6,062 bases of DNA from a virus. Both the position numbers and the translations under genes were made by a program. The number at the start of each line of letters is the position of its first letter. Position 1 is the stretch's first letter. Below the pieces are notes generated by a model, which saw only the letters and a list, made by a program, of their open reading frames with translations, was not told the DNA's origin and searched no databases. Where the stretch lies: positions 1-6,062 of IMG/VR virus record IMGVR_UViG_3300020029_000021; one strand, 5' to 3'. Below are positions 5,282 through 6,062 of this stretch, piece after piece.

Positions 5282-5353
5282 GCGCGGCCTCTCCTGCAGT
5301 CGCTACCAATAACCTTCAGCAATTCACGAACTCTTGCAGAAAGGGGTCCGCGC
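5282..5353 (-). other. Long imperfect hairpin in the ORF98/lipoprotein intergenic region. It may be a leaky terminator or an ssDNA structural element.
   Basis: GCGCGG(5282..5287) pairs with CCGCGC(5348..5353). CC(5288..5289) pairs with GG(5345..5346) across a 1-nt bulge. CTGCAG(5294..5299) pairs with TTGCAG(5334..5339), with one G-T pair. The loop is about 34 nt. On the minus strand the hairpin is followed by ATTTTTCT. Confidence 0.45.
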
Positions 5354-5384
5354 ACGTAGCATATATCGTCAAGTAAAGGATATA

Positions 5385-5681
5385 CTATTTTTCTTCAGAA
5401 TTGGAAGATTTAGAAGTAGGCCTCGACCTATCCAACTCTGAATCAATAAGTTCCTGACCAACCTCGAGGCCATCAAACTTATCCATACGAGAGAAAGAAT
5501 TAGGGTCAAAGTCAATCTCAGGGTTAAACTTTTCGCCCTTATCGAAGTCAGACGAGGACGCCTCGACGTCCGGACGACCAGGGAGAACGTCAACGGAACC
5601 AGAACCATCGAGAACAGAAAGAATACGCTGACCGCGAGAAACATAGGCGGGGGCGTCCTCAAGAAGCCATTCAAGTGCCAT
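5385..5681 (-). CDS. Hypothetical strongly acidic protein of 98 aa. It is a possible scaffolding-type protein, suggested by position and composition only.
   Basis: The ATG at 5681 lies 12 nt after the VP1 stop. The product is MALEWLLEDAPAYVSRGQRILSVLDGSGSVDVLPGRPDVEASSSDFDKGEKFNPEIDFDPNSFSRMDKFDGLEVGQELIDSELDRSRPTSKSSNSEEK. It is rich in D/E and looks largely disordered. I recognise no family. Confidence 0.7.
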   Translation of the reverse strand: MALEWLLEDAPAYVSRGQRILSVLDGSGSVDVLPGRPDVEASSSDFDKGEKFNPEIDFDPNSFSRMDKFDGLEVGQELIDSELDRSRPTSKSSNSEEK

Positions 5682-5693
5682 AAAATCAATGTA

Positions 5694-6062
5694 TTAACGA
5701 TTAGACAAACGGGTTGCAAAAGTTTTATTTACCAGATTCTTCTTCTGAACGGAATACGAAAGGTTAATGAAAAAATTGTCTTCCCTCTTAGAGAAAAACG
5801 GCGAGTTAACCTGGTCAATATCCACAAACAGGAGAGAGTAGTACTGGTTATAGCTCGCAGACAAAACGCGCTGCTGGACCCAATAAGAGTAAAGGGGTAC
5901 AGCGCTGTCGGAAACCTGGAACCGAGACAACTGACCCATGACCTCGTCGTAAGAGGCTCGAAATTCGTTAAAACACGGCTCGTAAGCCACAGTTTCCGTG
6001 GCCGAGGTTGTTCCGAATCCAAATTGAAATCCAGGAACGTCCTGGTATCCAATGTCGTTGTA
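5694..6062 (-). CDS. VP1: Major capsid protein VP1, 3' portion. 5694..5941 holds the unique C-terminal codons and stop. 5942..6062 duplicates 1..121.
   Basis: It is in the same frame as 1..1543 after the 5941-nt offset. The junction codon GTC (positions 1/5941/5940) gives ...SYDEVMGQLSRFQVSDSAVPLYSYWVQQRVLSASYNQYYSLLFVDIDQVNSPFFSKREDNFFINLSYSVQKKNLVNKTFATRLSNR followed by a stop (TAA at 5696..5694). The M at 5990 in the ORF track is an internal GTG (Val). Confidence 0.95.
   Translation of the reverse strand, partial: YNDIGYQDVPGFQFGFGTTSATETVAYEPCFNEFRASYDEVMGQLSRFQVSDSAVPLYSYWVQQRVLSASYNQYYSLLFVDIDQVNSPFFSKREDNFFINLSYSVQKKNLVNKTFATRLSNR
5942..6062. repeat. Terminal direct repeat, copy 2 (identical to 1..121).
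   Basis: It is an exact 121-nt match to the window start. Confidence 0.97.

Overview
The window is one complete, circularly permuted ssDNA phage genome of the family Microviridae. It is not phiX-like and resembles the Gokushovirinae/Alpavirinae-type microviruses. Bases 1..121 are identical to 5942..6062, so the unit genome is 5941 bp and the contig was linearised inside the major capsid gene. All credible genes lie on the minus strand. Read along the minus strand and around the circle, the order is: candidate promoter P1 (3765..3735), ORF104 (3708..3394), ORF107 (3377..3054), a strong intrinsic terminator (3008..2973), a 236-nt hairpin-dense intergenic region, ORF66 (2817..2617), replication initiator VP4 (2617..1547), major capsid VP1 (1543..1, continuing 5941..5694; 596 aa), acidic ORF98 (5681..5385), a 134-nt intergenic region with a long hairpin, a 63-aa predicted lipoprotein (5250..5059), and pilot protein VP2 (5057..3789). 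The ORF track lacks VP1 because the gene has no stop codon before the window edge. I translated it by hand and found no in-frame stop. No start codon is preceded by a Shine-Dalgarno sequence, and there is a perfect TTTG-N19-TAnnTTTG promoter, so a Bacteroidota host is likely. The points most worth following up are the small lipoprotein gene just upstream of VP2, the promoter/two-ORF/terminator cassette of unknown function, and the structured intergenic region containing a compact three-way junction. I found no tRNA, rRNA, CRISPR array, integrase or transposase.
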